From: Magnetospirillum sp. WYHS-4 | Lineage (GTDB): Bacteria; Pseudomonadota; Alphaproteobacteria; Rhodospirillales; GLO-3 | Assembly: GCA_039908345.1 (NCBI GenBank) | Contig: JAMOBD010000005.1 | Coordinates: 14,273-78,272, forward strand | Length of the DNA: 64,000 nucleotides | Reading direction: 5' to 3' | The notes under the pieces: model-generated | What the model was told of the DNA's origin: nothing | Database searches by the model: none | What the model saw: the letters and a program-made list of their open reading frames with translations, nothing else | Shown: positions 19,483 to 30,828 of the stretch, piece by piece | How the letters are laid out: every line of letters starts with the position of its first letter | Numbering within the stretch: the first letter of the stretch is position 1 | Made by a program: the position numbers and the translations under genes

Positions 19483-20592
19483 ATGAGCAGCGCCCGTCCC
19501 TATCGCAACATCGCGCGTCGGCAATGTCGACAGGTCAAGGTCGGCGACGTCCCGGTGGGTGGCGGCGCCCCCATCACCGTGCAGTCGATGACCAACACGC
19601 CGACCTCGGACGCCCGCGCGACCCTGGACCAGGTCCGTCGCCTGACCGAGGCGGGGGCCGACATCGTGCGCGTCTCCTGCCCCGACAAGGAATCCACGGC
19701 GGCCCTGCACACCATCTGCCGCGAGTCCCAGGTTCCCATCGTTGCCGACATCCACTTCCACTACCAGCGCGCCATCGAGGCCGCCGAGGCCGGCGCCCGT
19801 TGCCTGCGCATCAATCCCGGCAACATCGGGTCCGACGACCGGGTGCGGGAGGTGGTCAAGGCGGCGCGCGATCACGGCTGTTCCATGCGCATCGGGGTGA
19901 ACGCCGGCAGCCTGGAAAAGGATCTGCTGGAGAAGTACGGGGAGCCTTGCCCGGAAGCCATGGTCGAAAGCGCCCTGCATCATGCCCGGCTGCTGGAGGA
20001 CAACGACTTCTTCGACTTCAAGATCAGCGTCAAGGCTTCCGACGTGTTCCTGACCGTGGCCGCCTACCGGGCGCTGGCCAAGGCCTGCGACTACCCCTTG
20101 CACCTGGGGATCACCGAAGCCGGCGGCTTGCGGTCGGGCACCGTGCTGTCGTCCATCGGCTTGGGCATGCTGCTCTGGGAAGGCATCGGCGACACCATTC
20201 GCGTATCCCTGTCGGCCGATCCGGTGGAAGAGATCAAGGTCGGTTTCGACATCCTGAAGTCACTGGACCTGCGCCATCGCGGCGTCAGGATCGTCGCCTG
20301 CCCCACCTGCGCCCGCCAGGGTTTCGACGTCATTGGCACCGTGGCGGCCCTCGAAGACCGTCTGGCCCATATCGAGGTGCCGCTCACCCTGTCGGTGATC
20401 GGCTGTGTGGTCAACGGGCCGGGCGAAGCGCGCGAGACCGACATCGGCGTCACGGGCGGCGGCGGCGGCAACCACATGGTCTACATCGCCGGTGTCTCCG
20501 ACCATCGCATCGGCGAGAAGGAACTGCTCGACCACATCGTCGATCTTGTCGAGAAGCGCGCCGCCGAGATCCGCGCGGCCAAGGAGGGGTGA
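19483..20592 (+). CDS. ispG: 4-hydroxy-3-methylbut-2-en-1-yl diphosphate synthase
   Basis: [32 protein letters not shown] and [16 protein letters not shown]. Confidence 0.95.
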   Translation: MSSARPYRNIARRQCRQVKVGDVPVGGGAPITVQSMTNTPTSDARATLDQVRRLTEAGADIVRVSCPDKESTAALHTICRESQVPIVADIHFHYQRAIEAAEAGARCLRINPGNIGSDDRVREVVKAARDHGCSMRIGVNAGSLEKDLLEKYGEPCPEAMVESALHHARLLEDNDFFDFKISVKASDVFLTVAAYRALAKACDYPLHLGITEAGGLRSGTVLSSIGLGMLLWEGIGDTIRVSLSADPVEEIKVGFDILKSLDLRHRGVRIVACPTCARQGFDVIGTVAALEDRLAHIEVPLTLSVIGCVVNGPGEARETDIGVTGGGGGNHMVYIAGVSDHRIGEKELLDHIVDLVEKRAAEIRAAKEG

Positions 20593-20594
20593 CC

Positions 20595-21839
20595 ATGGCG
20601 GGCCTGCAGCCGGTACGCGGCACCCACGACTTGCTGCCCGACGACATGCGCCGCCACCGCCATGTGGCCGAACTGGCGCGGGCCGTCGCCAGCCGCTACG
20701 GTTTCGAGGAAATCGCCACGCCGATCTTCGAGTTCACCGACGTCTTCGCCCGGACCCTCGGCGAGACCTCGGACATCGTCACCAAGGAGATGTACAGCTT
20801 CGAGGACAAGGGAGGCGAGTTCCTGACGCTACGCCCCGAAGGCACGGCCGGCGTGGCCCGGGCCTTCATCTCCAACGGCTTGGCGCAGAACCTGCCGCTC
20901 AAGGTCTTCTATCGCGGCCCCATGTTCCGCCGCGAGCGCCCGCAGAAGGGCCGCCAGCGCCAGTTCCATCAGGTGGGCATCGAACTTCTGGGCGTCGAGA
21001 AGCCCCTGGCCGACGCCGAAGTCATCGCCATGGCGGCGGACTTCCTGGGCACGCTCGGGTTAGCCGGCAAGGTAGTCTGCGAAATCAACACCTTGGGAGA
21101 TGCGGAGAGCCGCGACCGCTACCGAGCCAACCTCGTCGAGTATTTCTCCGGCTTCCGCGACCGTCTGTCGGAAGACAGCCGCGCCCGCCTGGAAAAGAAC
21201 CCGTTGCGCATCCTCGATTCCAAGGACGAGGGCGACCGGGCCGTGGTGACCGATGCGCCGCTGATCGGCGAAAGCCTTACCGACGACGCCAAGGCCTTTT
21301 TCGACGAGACCCTGAGGGGCCTGAACTTGGCCGGCGTGCCCTACCAGGTGAATCCGAAGCTGGTGCGCGGCCTAGACTATTACTGCCATACCGCCTTCGA
21401 GTTCACCACCACGCACCTGGGCTCCCAGGGCACGGTGCTGGCGGGCGGCCGCTACGACGGCCTGATCCAGCAGATGGGCGGACCGCCGACGCCCGGTATC
21501 GGCTGGGCGGCAGGAGTGGAACGGCTTGCCATGCTGGTGGAAGGCGTCGCCGAGGCGCCCCGCCCCGTCGCCGTCGTCCCGGTAGGCCCCGAGGCCCAGG
21601 ACGCCGCGTTTCTTTTGGCGCTGGAATTGCGTCGTGCGGGCTTGGTTGCGGAGTTGGGCCATTCGGGAAACCTGAAGAAGCGCCTGCAGCGCGCCGACAA
21701 GGTGAAGGCCCGCGCCGCCCTCATCCTGGGGGGCGATGAACTTGCCCGTGGCACCGTGGTGCTGCGCGACATGAGCAGCGGCGACCAGACCGAAATCCCC
21801 CTGGCCGAGGCCGCTTCCCGCCTTCGGGAGACGCCATGA
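20595..21839 (+). CDS. hisS: Histidine-tRNA ligase
   Basis: [38 protein letters not shown] and RGLDYY. Confidence 0.95.
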   Translation: MAGLQPVRGTHDLLPDDMRRHRHVAELARAVASRYGFEEIATPIFEFTDVFARTLGETSDIVTKEMYSFEDKGGEFLTLRPEGTAGVARAFISNGLAQNLPLKVFYRGPMFRRERPQKGRQRQFHQVGIELLGVEKPLADAEVIAMAADFLGTLGLAGKVVCEINTLGDAESRDRYRANLVEYFSGFRDRLSEDSRARLEKNPLRILDSKDEGDRAVVTDAPLIGESLTDDAKAFFDETLRGLNLAGVPYQVNPKLVRGLDYYCHTAFEFTTTHLGSQGTVLAGGRYDGLIQQMGGPPTPGIGWAAGVERLAMLVEGVAEAPRPVAVVPVGPEAQDAAFLLALELRRAGLVAELGHSGNLKKRLQRADKVKARAALILGGDELARGTVVLRDMSSGDQTEIPLAEAASRLRETP

Positions 21840-23092
21840 CGGAAGCGGTCGCCCGGCTGGTCGTCGTCGGGGCCAACCATCGCTCGTCTTCGATGATGCT
21901 GCGCGATCGCCTGTTCGTCGAGGAAGCTGCCGTTCCCGCTTTCCTGCACCGTCTGCGCGACAAGGGATTGGACCAGGCGGTGGCTCTGTCGACCTGCGAC
22001 CGGGTCGAGGTGCAGGCCATTCATCCCGATCCCGCCATCGCCCACCGCCTGATCGTCGAGGCCCTTGCCGTCCACGCCGGTCTGCAAGCCGGCGACCTGG
22101 AAGGCCAAGTCTACGGTCACCAAGGCCCGGCGGCTTTGCGTCAGTTGTTCGCCGTCACAGCCTCCCTGGACAGCCTGATGATCGGCGAGCCCCAGGTGTT
22201 GGGCCAAGTCAAGGACGCCCATCGCCTGGCCCGCGACGCCGGCATGGTGGGGCCCGAGATGGAAGCCCTTCTCCAGGCCGCCTATGCCGCCGCCAAGCGG
22301 GTGCGCAGCGAAACCGCAATCGGCGAGGGACCGGTCTCCATCGCCGCCGCCGCGGTACAGCTTGCCCGCGACGTGCACGGCGATCTGGATCGTTGCCGGG
22401 GCCTGTTGATCGGCGGCGGCGACATGGGCGAACTGGTGGCCCAGGATCTGGTCGCCGGCGGCCTCGCCCATCTTTCGGTCACCCATCCCCTGGAAAGCCG
22501 CGGCGAGGCGGTGGCACGCCAGTTGGGTTGTCATCACGGCGCTTTTTCCGACCTGGACAACTTGCTGGCCGAAGCCGACGTGGTGCTGACTTCGCTGGGC
22601 ACCCGCAGGCATGCGGTTACCGCCGGGATGATGGCCCAGGCGCTGAAGCATCGCCGCCGCAAGCCGGTGTTCCTGGTCGATACCGGCATTCCCGGCGACG
22701 TGGACCCGGCGACGGGCAAGCTGGACGGGGCGTTCCTCTACGACCTCAACGACCTGGAGCGGGTCGCCATGGAAGGCCGGGCGGGGCGCGAAAGCCAGGC
22801 CCGCGACGCTTGGCGCATCCTGGACGAGGAACTGGCCGCCTTCCAGCGCGGACGCGCCGAACGCGCCGCCGTTCCGGCTCTGATCCGGCTGCGTGCCCAC
22901 GTCGAAACCCTGCGCGAGGCGGCCCTCAGGGACGCCGGCGGCGATGCCGACAAGGCGACCCGGCTTCTGGCCAGCCGCCTGCTGCACGATCCGTCGGAGG
23001 TCATGCGCCACGCCGCCGGGGCGGGCGGCGAGGAAGAGTGGCGCGCCATGGAAGACCTTCTGGCGCGTCTGTTCCGGCTGGAGGACCAATGA
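21836..23092 (+). CDS. hemA: Glutamyl-tRNA reductase (C5 tetrapyrrole pathway)
   Basis: Catalytic [26 protein letters not shown] and [19 protein letters not shown] overlaps with hisS and prfA. Confidence 0.9.
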   Translation: MTEAVARLVVVGANHRSSSMMLRDRLFVEEAAVPAFLHRLRDKGLDQAVALSTCDRVEVQAIHPDPAIAHRLIVEALAVHAGLQAGDLEGQVYGHQGPAALRQLFAVTASLDSLMIGEPQVLGQVKDAHRLARDAGMVGPEMEALLQAAYAAAKRVRSETAIGEGPVSIAAAAVQLARDVHGDLDRCRGLLIGGGDMGELVAQDLVAGGLAHLSVTHPLESRGEAVARQLGCHHGAFSDLDNLLAEADVVLTSLGTRRHAVTAGMMAQALKHRRRKPVFLVDTGIPGDVDPATGKLDGAFLYDLNDLERVAMEGRAGRESQARDAWRILDEELAAFQRGRAERAAVPALIRLRAHVETLREAALRDAGGDADKATRLLASRLLHDPSEVMRHAAGAGGEEEWRAMEDLLARLFRLEDQ

Positions 23093-24165
23093 GCCTTGAA
23101 CGGAAGCTCGACCGGGTGGCGGAGCGCCATGACGAACTAGGCCGGATGCTGTCGGGCGAAAGGGTGCCCACGGGCCAGGAATTCGCCCGCTTGTCCAAGG
23201 AATATTCCGACCTGGGCCCCATCGTGGAGGCGATCCGCAACCTGCGTCGCGCCGAGGAGGATCTGCGGGGGGCCGAGGAAATTCTCGCCGACACGGGCGC
23301 CGATGCCGACATGAAGGCCCTGGCCGAAGCGGAGCGGGAGGATCTGGCGGCGCGCCTTCCCGACCTGGAGCACCGCATCAAGATCATGCTGCTGCCCAAG
23401 GACGCGGCCGACGAGAAGAACGCCATCCTGGAGGTACGGGCCGGCACCGGCGGCGACGAGGCCGCCCTGTTCGCCGCCGACCTGCTGCGCATGTACCAGC
23501 GCTATGCCGAGGAACACCGCTGGAAGTTCGATATCCTGGAACTCAGCGAAACGGGCATCGGCGGCTTCAAGGAGGCGGTTGCCACGATTACCGGCAAGAA
23601 CGTCTTCGCCCGCCTCAAGTTCGAATCCGGCGTCCATCGGGTGCAGCGGGTGCCGGTCACCGAGTCGGGCGGGCGCATCCATACCTCGGCCGCCACCGTG
23701 GCCGTGCTGCCCGAAGCGGAAGAAGTCGATATCCACGTCGAGGAAAAGGATCTGCGCATCGACGTCTACCGGTCCCAGGGCGCGGGAGGACAACACGTCA
23801 ACACCACCGACAGCGCGGTGCGCATTACCCACATGCCGTCGGGCGTCGTGGTCACCTGCCAGGACGAAAAGTCCCAACATAAGAACAAGGCCAAGGCGAT
23901 GAAGATCCTGCGCGCCCGGCTCTACGAGAACGAACGCCAGCAGCGCGAGGCCGAACGCGCAGCCCAGCGCAAGAGCCAAGTCGGTTCCGGCGACCGCTCG
24001 GAGCGCATCCGCACCTACAACTTCCCGCAAGGTCGAGTGACCGACCACCGCATCAACGTCACGCTTCATAAGTTGGACCGCTTCCTGGACGGCGAGATGG
24101 ACGAGATCATCGACGCCCTGGCCGCCGAGGACGAGGCGGCCCGCCTGTCCGCCGACGTGGAATGA
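23089..24165 (+). CDS. prfA: Peptide chain release factor 1
   Basis: GGQ motif [17 protein letters not shown] and a PxT-type region [15 protein letters not shown]. Confidence 0.95.
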   Translation: MSLERKLDRVAERHDELGRMLSGERVPTGQEFARLSKEYSDLGPIVEAIRNLRRAEEDLRGAEEILADTGADADMKALAEAEREDLAARLPDLEHRIKIMLLPKDAADEKNAILEVRAGTGGDEAALFAADLLRMYQRYAEEHRWKFDILELSETGIGGFKEAVATITGKNVFARLKFESGVHRVQRVPVTESGGRIHTSAATVAVLPEAEEVDIHVEEKDLRIDVYRSQGAGGQHVNTTDSAVRITHMPSGVVVTCQDEKSQHKNKAKAMKILRARLYENERQQREAERAAQRKSQVGSGDRSERIRTYNFPQGRVTDHRINVTLHKLDRFLDGEMDEIIDALAAEDEAARLSADVE

Positions 24166-25028
24166 CAGTGACCGTCGGCCATGCCCTGGCCGAGGTGGCG
24201 GTGCGGCTTGCCGCTGCCGGTATCGACAATCCACGCCTGGAAGCCCGCCTGCTGGTCGCCGCCGCTACCGGCATGCTGCCGACGGCACTCTTCGCCCACC
24301 CCGAGATCCCCCTCGGTCCGGGCCCCGCGGAGGCACTGGCGGCGTTGGCCGGGCGCCGGACCGCCCGCGAGCCCATGTCTCATATCCTCGGGCAACGGGA
24401 ATTCTGGGGTCTGCCCATCCGGGTAAGCGCCGACACCCTGACTCCCCGCCCCGACAGCGAGACTCTGATCGAGGCCGTTCTCGCTTGGTTGAAGGGACGA
24501 AAGGCCGAGGCATTGCGGCTGCTTGACCTGGGAACCGGAAGCGGCTGCCTGCTCCTGGCCCTGTTGCACGAACTCCCGCGCGCCGACGGCCTGGGCATCG
24601 ATGCCAGCCCGGACGCCCTGGCCGTCGCCCGCGGCAACGGCGAGGCTCTGGGCCTGGCCGACCGTGCCACCTTCCAGGAAGGAAACTGGGGCCAGGGCAG
24701 GGAGGGCCCTTTCGACGTGATCGTCTCCAATCCTCCCTACATCCCCACGGCCGATATCGCGGGATTGATGCCCGAGGTCCGCGACCACGAACCCCGCCGA
24801 GCCCTGGACGGCGGCCCGGACGGCCTGGACGCCTACCGAGCCCTGCTGCCCGATGCCGTCCGCCTGCTGGCGCGGGGCGGCGGGCTTTTCCTCGAAGTGG
24901 GCGCCGGTCAGGCGGACACCGTCGCGACCCTGGGCAAGGCGCTCGGATTGCGGCTGCTGGAGGTCCGCAATGACCTGGCCGGCATCTCCCGCTGCGTGGC
25001 CTTCGCCTCCGGTCGCCCGGAACGGTGA
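24162..25028 (+). CDS. prmC: Release factor glutamine N5-methyltransferase
   Basis: SAM motif [11 protein letters not shown] and catalytic SNPPYIP. Overlaps the prfA stop. Confidence 0.9.
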   Translation: MTVTVGHALAEVAVRLAAAGIDNPRLEARLLVAAATGMLPTALFAHPEIPLGPGPAEALAALAGRRTAREPMSHILGQREFWGLPIRVSADTLTPRPDSETLIEAVLAWLKGRKAEALRLLDLGTGSGCLLLALLHELPRADGLGIDASPDALAVARGNGEALGLADRATFQEGNWGQGREGPFDVIVSNPPYIPTADIAGLMPEVRDHEPRRALDGGPDGLDAYRALLPDAVRLLARGGGLFLEVGAGQADTVATLGKALGLRLLEVRNDLAGISRCVAFASGRPER

Positions 25029-25179
25029 ATATCGTCGATTTCCCGTAGATGATAGCTATGGCATTACTCTGTCACTCTAGATACGTACTCGCGGCAATAA
25101 TAACCACCATTGCCGGTTGCCATTTGATCGTGCGTTCCTTAGGCTGTCGATAATAATTGGTCAACAGCGGAGGGATATC

Positions 25180-26946
25180 ATGCGAAATCATTCGCTCGCG
25201 GGAGCTGTCATCGCGCTGACTCTGGCGATCCAGGCAGCCGGAACCGGGACGGCGGCAGCCCAGCAAGGTTGTGCCGCCGGTTCCACCATCGACACGGACA
25301 AGGGGCAAGTCTGCGGGGGCGCGCAAGCCGTAACCCTGCCCACCAAGACCGGCATCGACCTCTTCGTCTACAAGGGCATCCCCTACGCCAGACCGCCCAC
25401 CGGGGCCAACGGCCTGCGCTGGAAGGCGCCGGAACCGCCCGACAGTTGGGCCGCAACGGGCGTCTTCCCGGCCCTGCAGTTCGGCTCGGTCTGCCCGCAG
25501 CCGGAGTCCAAGGGGGCCCCGATCTCCGCCCAGGACGAAAATTGCCTGTTCCTCAACGTCTGGACGCCGGCCCAGGCCATCGGTAAAGGCGCCCTGCCGG
25601 TCATGGTCTTCATCCATGGCGGCGCGTTCATCGGCGGCAGCGGCTCCCTGCCAATCTATGACGGCGCGTACTTGGCGGCTTCGGGCAACCAAGTCGTGGT
25701 GACGCTGAACTATCGCCTGGGCGCCCTGGGCTTTCTCTATGCCGACCGGTCACCCGACGCCAAGATCGAGCCGGTGGCGGGAAACTTCGGGCTGCTCGAC
25801 CAGCAGGCGGCACTACGCTGGGTGCGCGACAACGCCAAGGGATTCGGCGGCGATCCGGCCAAGGTGACGATCTTCGGCGAAAGTGCCGGCGCCATGTCGG
25901 TGGGCCTGCACCTGTTCGACATGCCGGATAGCGCCCCCCTGTTCCGCGCCGCCATCATGGAAAGCAATCCGATGTCGGTACAGTACCGGGACAAGACGGA
26001 AGGCTCGGCCGACGGCAAGTCCTATCTGAAGCTGCTCTGCGCCAACGCCAGCCCCAAGCCGAAGCGCTGCGTTTCCGACGCCGCTTGGCTCCAGACTCCC
26101 ACTTGGCAGCAGGCGATGGCCGCGCAGAGCGCCTATAGTTCCGTGAAGCTGTCCATCGAGCGCATCCTGAAGAGCGGTTTTGCCGAGGCCCTGCCCTGGA
26201 CGCCCTTGATGGACGGCAAGACGGTGGCTGGCCAGCCATATGACGGCTATGCCGCCGGGATGCCTGCCAAACCCTACCTGTTCGGCACCAACGCCGACGA
26301 AGGTGTCCTGTTCGCCGCCCTGGTGCCGGAGAAGGACCTCAATCCGACCACCTACGGATCGGCGCTGGACGCCCTGTTCGGCCGCAAGAACAAGGGAACC
26401 ATCACCGATTTCACGAATTCCGCCGGGACGCGTCCCTATCGTGCGCGCGACCAGAAGCCCACCCCGTACTACAACGGATCGGCGGTCGCGCTGGCGAACG
26501 TCATCACCGACTTCGCCTTCCGCTGCGGCAGCCAGGATTCGGCCGACGCCACCCTGTCCCAGGCGGACAAGCCGGTGTACGGCTATTACTTCAGCGAGGC
26601 GCCGATCTACAATCCGTTCCCGGCGAGCCCCGCCTGTTCGGTGGCGTCCGGCAACGTCTGCCACGGCGCCGAACTGCCCTACGTGTTCAACACCCTGAAC
26701 GTGGTCGCCGATCCGGTTCCGCCGGCCAACGCCCAGTTGGCGCAAGCCATGGCTGCGGCCTGGAGCGGCTTCGCCGCCAACCTGAGCGTACCCGCCGCCT
26801 GGACAGCCTACACCAAGAACGGCGGACTCTACGTCTGGAACAGCGGGGCATCGGGCGGTCAGATGCTGCCCGGCATGGCGACCACGGCCAACTGCCAGCA
26901 GCTCTGGTACGGCATTCCGCCCCTGGGCGGGACGAAGCAGGACTAG
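25180..26946 (+). CDS. Secreted carboxylesterase, type B family
   Basis: Signal peptide AVIALTLAIQAAG. EDCLFLNVW-like NCLFLNVW. Nucleophile elbow FGESAGA. GGAGGG lies upstream of ATG 25180. An AT-rich leader precedes it at 25030-25180. Confidence 0.85.
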   Translation: MRNHSLAGAVIALTLAIQAAGTGTAAAQQGCAAGSTIDTDKGQVCGGAQAVTLPTKTGIDLFVYKGIPYARPPTGANGLRWKAPEPPDSWAATGVFPALQFGSVCPQPESKGAPISAQDENCLFLNVWTPAQAIGKGALPVMVFIHGGAFIGGSGSLPIYDGAYLAASGNQVVVTLNYRLGALGFLYADRSPDAKIEPVAGNFGLLDQQAALRWVRDNAKGFGGDPAKVTIFGESAGAMSVGLHLFDMPDSAPLFRAAIMESNPMSVQYRDKTEGSADGKSYLKLLCANASPKPKRCVSDAAWLQTPTWQQAMAAQSAYSSVKLSIERILKSGFAEALPWTPLMDGKTVAGQPYDGYAAGMPAKPYLFGTNADEGVLFAALVPEKDLNPTTYGSALDALFGRKNKGTITDFTNSAGTRPYRARDQKPTPYYNGSAVALANVITDFAFRCGSQDSADATLSQADKPVYGYYFSEAPIYNPFPASPACSVASGNVCHGAELPYVFNTLNVVADPVPPANAQLAQAMAAAWSGFAANLSVPAAWTAYTKNGGLYVWNSGASGGQMLPGMATTANCQQLWYGIPPLGGTKQD

Positions 26947-26947
26947 G

Positions 26948-27652
26948 TCAGGTCAAGGTCCGGCCGCCGCAGCGGCAGCGGTTGCGGCCGGACCGCTTGG
27001 CTTCGTAAAGCGCCTGATCCGCGGCGCGGATGGCGGCGTCGACGTCGGCGGCACCGTCCAGACGAGCCAGGCCGAAGCTCATGGTGATGGGGATCGGGGC
27101 GTCCGCGTGAACGAATCCCAGGTTCTCCACGTTGCCCCGGAGTTTCTCGGCGGCGACCAGGCCGTGGTCAAGGTCGGTTTCGGGAAGAAGGATCAGGAAC
27201 TCTTCTCCGCCCCAGCGAGCCACCGAGTCGTAGTCGCGCAAGTTTCCGGACAATACCCGGGCCACGGCGACCAGTGCCGCGTCGCCGACATCGTGGCCCC
27301 AGGTGTCGTTAAGCCGCTTGAAGCCGTCGACGTCACCCATCAACAGGGTAAAAGCCGGGCTTCCCCTCTGGGCCCGGTTGGCTTCGGCGCGCAGCTTGTC
27401 CCACATCCAACGCCGGTTGGGCAGCCCGGTCAGCGGATCGGTCTGGGACGACCGCCGAAGGGCGATGTTCGCTTCCTTGACCTGGACCTGCATCCGGTCG
27501 CTGATCCGGGACAGTTTGACGATCCGACGGTTGAGATGGATATAGCGTTCCGCCAAATCCTTCACTTCCGCCATCAAGGGATGGCGCTTCCATTCGGCAT
27601 TGGCCTCCAACGCGGCCAGCCAGCGACGCGTCCGTTCCTCCTCATCCGCCAA
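26948..27652 (-). CDS. siaD: Diguanylate cyclase (GGDEF), SiaD-like
   Basis: GGEEF active site (ARWGGEEFLILL) and an N-terminal coiled coil. It is the last gene of a siaA-B-C-D-ordered operon. Confidence 0.8.
   Translation of the reverse strand: MADEEERTRRWLAALEANAEWKRHPLMAEVKDLAERYIHLNRRIVKLSRISDRMQVQVKEANIALRRSSQTDPLTGLPNRRWMWDKLRAEANRAQRGSPAFTLLMGDVDGFKRLNDTWGHDVGDAALVAVARVLSGNLRDYDSVARWGGEEFLILLPETDLDHGLVAAEKLRGNVENLGFVHADAPIPITMSFGLARLDGAADVDAAIRAADQALYEAKRSGRNRCRCGGRTLT
26957..26994. terminator. GC-rich hairpin (11-bp perfect stem ggtccggccgc / gcggccggacc, 16-nt loop) at the convergent esterase/siaD junction
   Basis: Read directly from the sequence. It lies inside the last ~15 codons of siaD and 11 nt after the esterase stop. 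No clear T-tract is present. Confidence 0.4.
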
Positions 27653-27656
27653 GGCG

Positions 27657-28037
27657 TCAGATCTCCTTGGTGAGGATGTTGAAGGGTAGGGCTACGTCCT
27701 CCTTGAATTCCTCGGCCATTTCGACCGCGCGGTCGTTCTCGGGGTCGCAATACCAGTTCACCGTGGCGCTACGGCCCTTGCGCGACACCTGGTCCAGCAT
27801 GTCGAGCAGGTCCATCATGCACTTGATGGTGCTGGTGTTCAGATAGCTGAGATCGACCTCCAGCCGGATCGGCTTGCGTTCCTCGGCCAGGAAGGTCGCC
27901 ACGCCGTCGAGGATCGGTTCGTAGAATTCATACGAGTTCTCGGGATAGGATTCGCCCCGGATTTCCAGAACACCCGCCCCCCAATCGAAATGGATCAAAG
28001 GCGTCGAGGCGGTCGCGTCGCGGTGGATGTTGTTCAT
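27657..28037 (-). CDS. siaC: SiaC-like DUF1987 protein
   Basis: 126 aa. TPLIHFDWGAGVLEIRGESYPENSYEFYEPILD..L..YLNTSTIKC is the DUF1987 signature. Confidence 0.8.
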   Translation of the reverse strand: MNNIHRDATASTPLIHFDWGAGVLEIRGESYPENSYEFYEPILDGVATFLAEERKPIRLEVDLSYLNTSTIKCMMDLLDMLDQVSRKGRSATVNWYCDPENDRAVEMAEEFKEDVALPFNILTKEI

Positions 28038-28048
28038 CTTCTTCCCCT

Positions 28049-28591
28049 TCAGATGACGGCGCGCAGGCTGAAGAAGGCTTGGCGGTCATTGACCGGCCGC
28101 ACCAGGTATTCCAAGGGCGAGGTGGCAATCCGCGCGATATGGATCAGTCCCAGGCCGGCCGATCCGCCGTCGATGCGCGGCGTGCGCAGCCGCTCTTTGT
28201 ACAGCGCCTTCAGTTCCAGCTTGTCCAAGCCGCGCAGGTGCTCGATCCGCCCGGTGAGCGCCGGCACGTCCTCGCTGAGAACGATGTTGCCGGACGAGAC
28301 CACGTAGCGTTCGTTCTCGCGCCCGATCACGACGATCGAAGAGTTGGCGGTCAAGAAGTCCGTATCTGTTTCGAGATTCTTGTTCGTATAGTTACGGATA
28401 TTCTGCATCTGCTCGATGTAGACCGAAAGAACGTCCGTGGTCGATGTCTTGGTGGCATCTTCGTTTTCCATGTATCTTTTCACCGCGTTGCCGAGTTCCT
28501 CGATGAGGGTTTTCGAGAAGGCGCCGGCGAAACAGATCATGATGTCCCGCTCGGCGAGTTGATTCCTGAGGTCGTAGAGATCGGTCCTCAT
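28049..28591 (-). CDS. siaB: SiaB-like protein kinase / partner-switch component
   Basis: 180 aa. It sits between SiaA-like and SiaC-like genes. C-terminal GGSAGLGLIHIARIA resembles the ATP-lid of GHKL-type anti-sigma kinases. Confidence 0.65.
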   Translation of the reverse strand: MRTDLYDLRNQLAERDIMICFAGAFSKTLIEELGNAVKRYMENEDATKTSTTDVLSVYIEQMQNIRNYTNKNLETDTDFLTANSSIVVIGRENERYVVSSGNIVLSEDVPALTGRIEHLRGLDKLELKALYKERLRTPRIDGGSAGLGLIHIARIATSPLEYLVRPVNDRQAFFSLRAVI

Positions 28592-30630
28592 GCTTCGTCC
28601 CCCCTGTCATCCCCTGTTACACGGAACCCGACGAGGGTGATGTCGTCCCTCTGCGGGTACTTCCCCTGCCATTCGGCGAGTTGTCGTTCGAAGACGACGG
28701 CCTGTTCGGCCATCGGCAGGCCGCCGTGCGCGGCCACAAGGTCGTGAAAGCGCCGCCGTCCGAAGGGCAGGCCGCGTTCGCCTCCCGACTGATCCAGATA
28801 GCCATCGCTGACCATGTAGAAGGATTGTCCCGCCGCCAGCGCCACCTCGTGGGTGGCGAAGGCGGGTGCCGCGCCGGAACGTCGATAGCCGATGCTGCGC
28901 GGCGCTCCCTTGATGTCCCGTATCCCCTCGGCATCGGCAATGGTCAGGTCGATGCGGGCCCCGGCGAAGCGCAGGTGGCCGCCCCGCAAGTCGCAGCACA
29001 CCACGGCAAGGTCGAGACCATTGTCGAGGCTGTAGTCGGCGCTGCGGTTGAATCGGCTGCGCAACCGCGCGTTGACGGACGCGAGAAGCGCGCCCGGATC
29101 GTCGGGGCCGATTTCGCCCAGCGCCTGTTCCAGCACCGAATGGGCCGCCGTGCTCATGATCGCCCCCGGCACCCCGTGCCCCGTGCAGTCGGCCACGGCC
29201 AGCAGGAAGCCCCCGTCGGTCTGGGCATAGAACCAGAAGTCCCCCCCCACGATATCGCGCGGCTTCCAGAGCGCGAAATGATCCGGCAGGCGGGTCGCCA
29301 CCTCGTCGCGCGTCGGCATGACCGCCGACTGAATCATGCTGGCATAGCGGATGCCATCGGTGATCTTGCGGTTGGAATCCTGCAGTTCCTCGGTTCGCGC
29401 CCGGACCTTGTCCTCCAGGGTGCGCATGTAGTCCCTCACCTTTTCGGCCATGCGGTCGAAGGCGTTGGTGAGGTGACCGATCTCGTCGCGCCGATCGCTG
29501 TCGATGCGGATGTCGTAATTGCCCGCCGCAACGGCCTGCGTCGACCGCACCAGTTGCATGAGGGGGGTGAGGACCATGCGGTTGACCAGCAGCACGATCA
29601 CCAGGATGGCGACCAGCAAGGCCCCGGCCAAGCCACCGGCCACCGGCAGGAACCGCTGGAACCCCACCACCTTGTCGAAGTCCAGCACCGACATGTCGTA
29701 CCAGTCGATCTCGGACAGCCACGTCAAAGCGATCAGATGGCGCCGGCCTTCGATGCGGACCGCGAAGGAGGCTTCCTGAATGCGGCCCGCCGCCAAGTCG
29801 GCCATGGCCTGGCGGACCTTCTGGCGGTCGTCTTCGCGCTCGAACAACCGCCAAACCGTGGACCGTTCGGACTCCGACTTGAAGCGGGTCATGAAGTCGA
29901 TCAATTCCGCCCGCTGGTGGCCCTGGATACCGCCCCCGCCATCGAACAGGACGACATAGGCGCCTTCCTCGGAACTGGCGACGAAATCGCGGACGAACTG
30001 GGTCAGGTCGACGCCGGTCCCCGCCGCACCCACCCGGCGTCCGTCGGGCCGGGTCATCGCCACGTTCATCCAGAGCTTGGTAACGTGCAATGCCTTGTCG
30101 GTATCGATGTTGAGGTTGTAAGGCGCTGGCGAATTCAGGGTCTTGAAGAACCACTTGTCGCGCGGTTCATTGGCGTGGACCGTATCGACCAACTCCTTGC
30201 CGGCATACTTGTCTTCGGCATCGTTGTAGAAGTAGTGGCCGGTCCTGGCGGAGACCACGAACCACGCGCGGGAGGACAGAATATCCCGGAAACTTTCCAG
30301 TTCCGCCAGGGCCCGCCGCCGCAATTCCGGATTTTCCTCGTTTTCCGCCCAATCCTGCAACAGGGGAGACAGGGCCATCTTGCGGGCCAAGGCCAGTTCG
30401 CGGGACATGGTCGCCATCAGGCGTTCCTTGTGCCACTGCACATGGCGCAGGGCAAAGTAGCTGCCCAGCCGTTCGGCGACGGTTCCGGTCACCAGGTACA
30501 GCGAAGCCATGGCAACCAGCACGAAAACCAGCCAGATGGCCGTCATCACCAACACGGTTCGCCCGCGCAGACCCAGGCCGGAAATACCGGTGGCCGGCTT
30601 TTCCAAGGCGACGGAATCCGTCTCGGTCAT
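28588..30630 (-). CDS. siaA: Membrane PP2C-type (SpoIIE-like) phosphatase with periplasmic domain and HAMP, SiaA-like
   Basis: Two TM segments flank a ~300-aa periplasmic region. HAMP region MQLVRSTQAVAAGNYDIRID..DEIGHLTNAFDRMA. PP2C region GGDFWFY..VADCTGHGVPGAIMS. Start taken at MTETD (30630). Confidence 0.8.
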   Translation of the reverse strand: MTETDSVALEKPATGISGLGLRGRTVLVMTAIWLVFVLVAMASLYLVTGTVAERLGSYFALRHVQWHKERLMATMSRELALARKMALSPLLQDWAENEENPELRRRALAELESFRDILSSRAWFVVSARTGHYFYNDAEDKYAGKELVDTVHANEPRDKWFFKTLNSPAPYNLNIDTDKALHVTKLWMNVAMTRPDGRRVGAAGTGVDLTQFVRDFVASSEEGAYVVLFDGGGGIQGHQRAELIDFMTRFKSESERSTVWRLFEREDDRQKVRQAMADLAAGRIQEASFAVRIEGRRHLIALTWLSEIDWYDMSVLDFDKVVGFQRFLPVAGGLAGALLVAILVIVLLVNRMVLTPLMQLVRSTQAVAAGNYDIRIDSDRRDEIGHLTNAFDRMAEKVRDYMRTLEDKVRARTEELQDSNRKITDGIRYASMIQSAVMPTRDEVATRLPDHFALWKPRDIVGGDFWFYAQTDGGFLLAVADCTGHGVPGAIMSTAAHSVLEQALGEIGPDDPGALLASVNARLRSRFNRSADYSLDNGLDLAVVCCDLRGGHLRFAGARIDLTIADAEGIRDIKGAPRSIGYRRSGAAPAFATHEVALAAGQSFYMVSDGYLDQSGGERGLPFGRRRFHDLVAAHGGLPMAEQAVVFERQLAEWQGKYPQRDDITLVGFRVTGDDRGDEA

Positions 30631-30828
30631 GGATGGTCCCCAACCCGGCGGAAGTGGAAGATCTGCCCCCGTCAGCCATAGCCCAATACGCGCCCGGCGA
30701 CAAGACCGCCGGGGAGGATCATCGACCACTCAACCATATGATATATTTAAGGTTATATATAATGCCATAGGCGCCATCTTCGCCTGCTCTAAACATCGTC
30801 GTTCGGCGCCGTTCCCCCGCCGTGGAAT

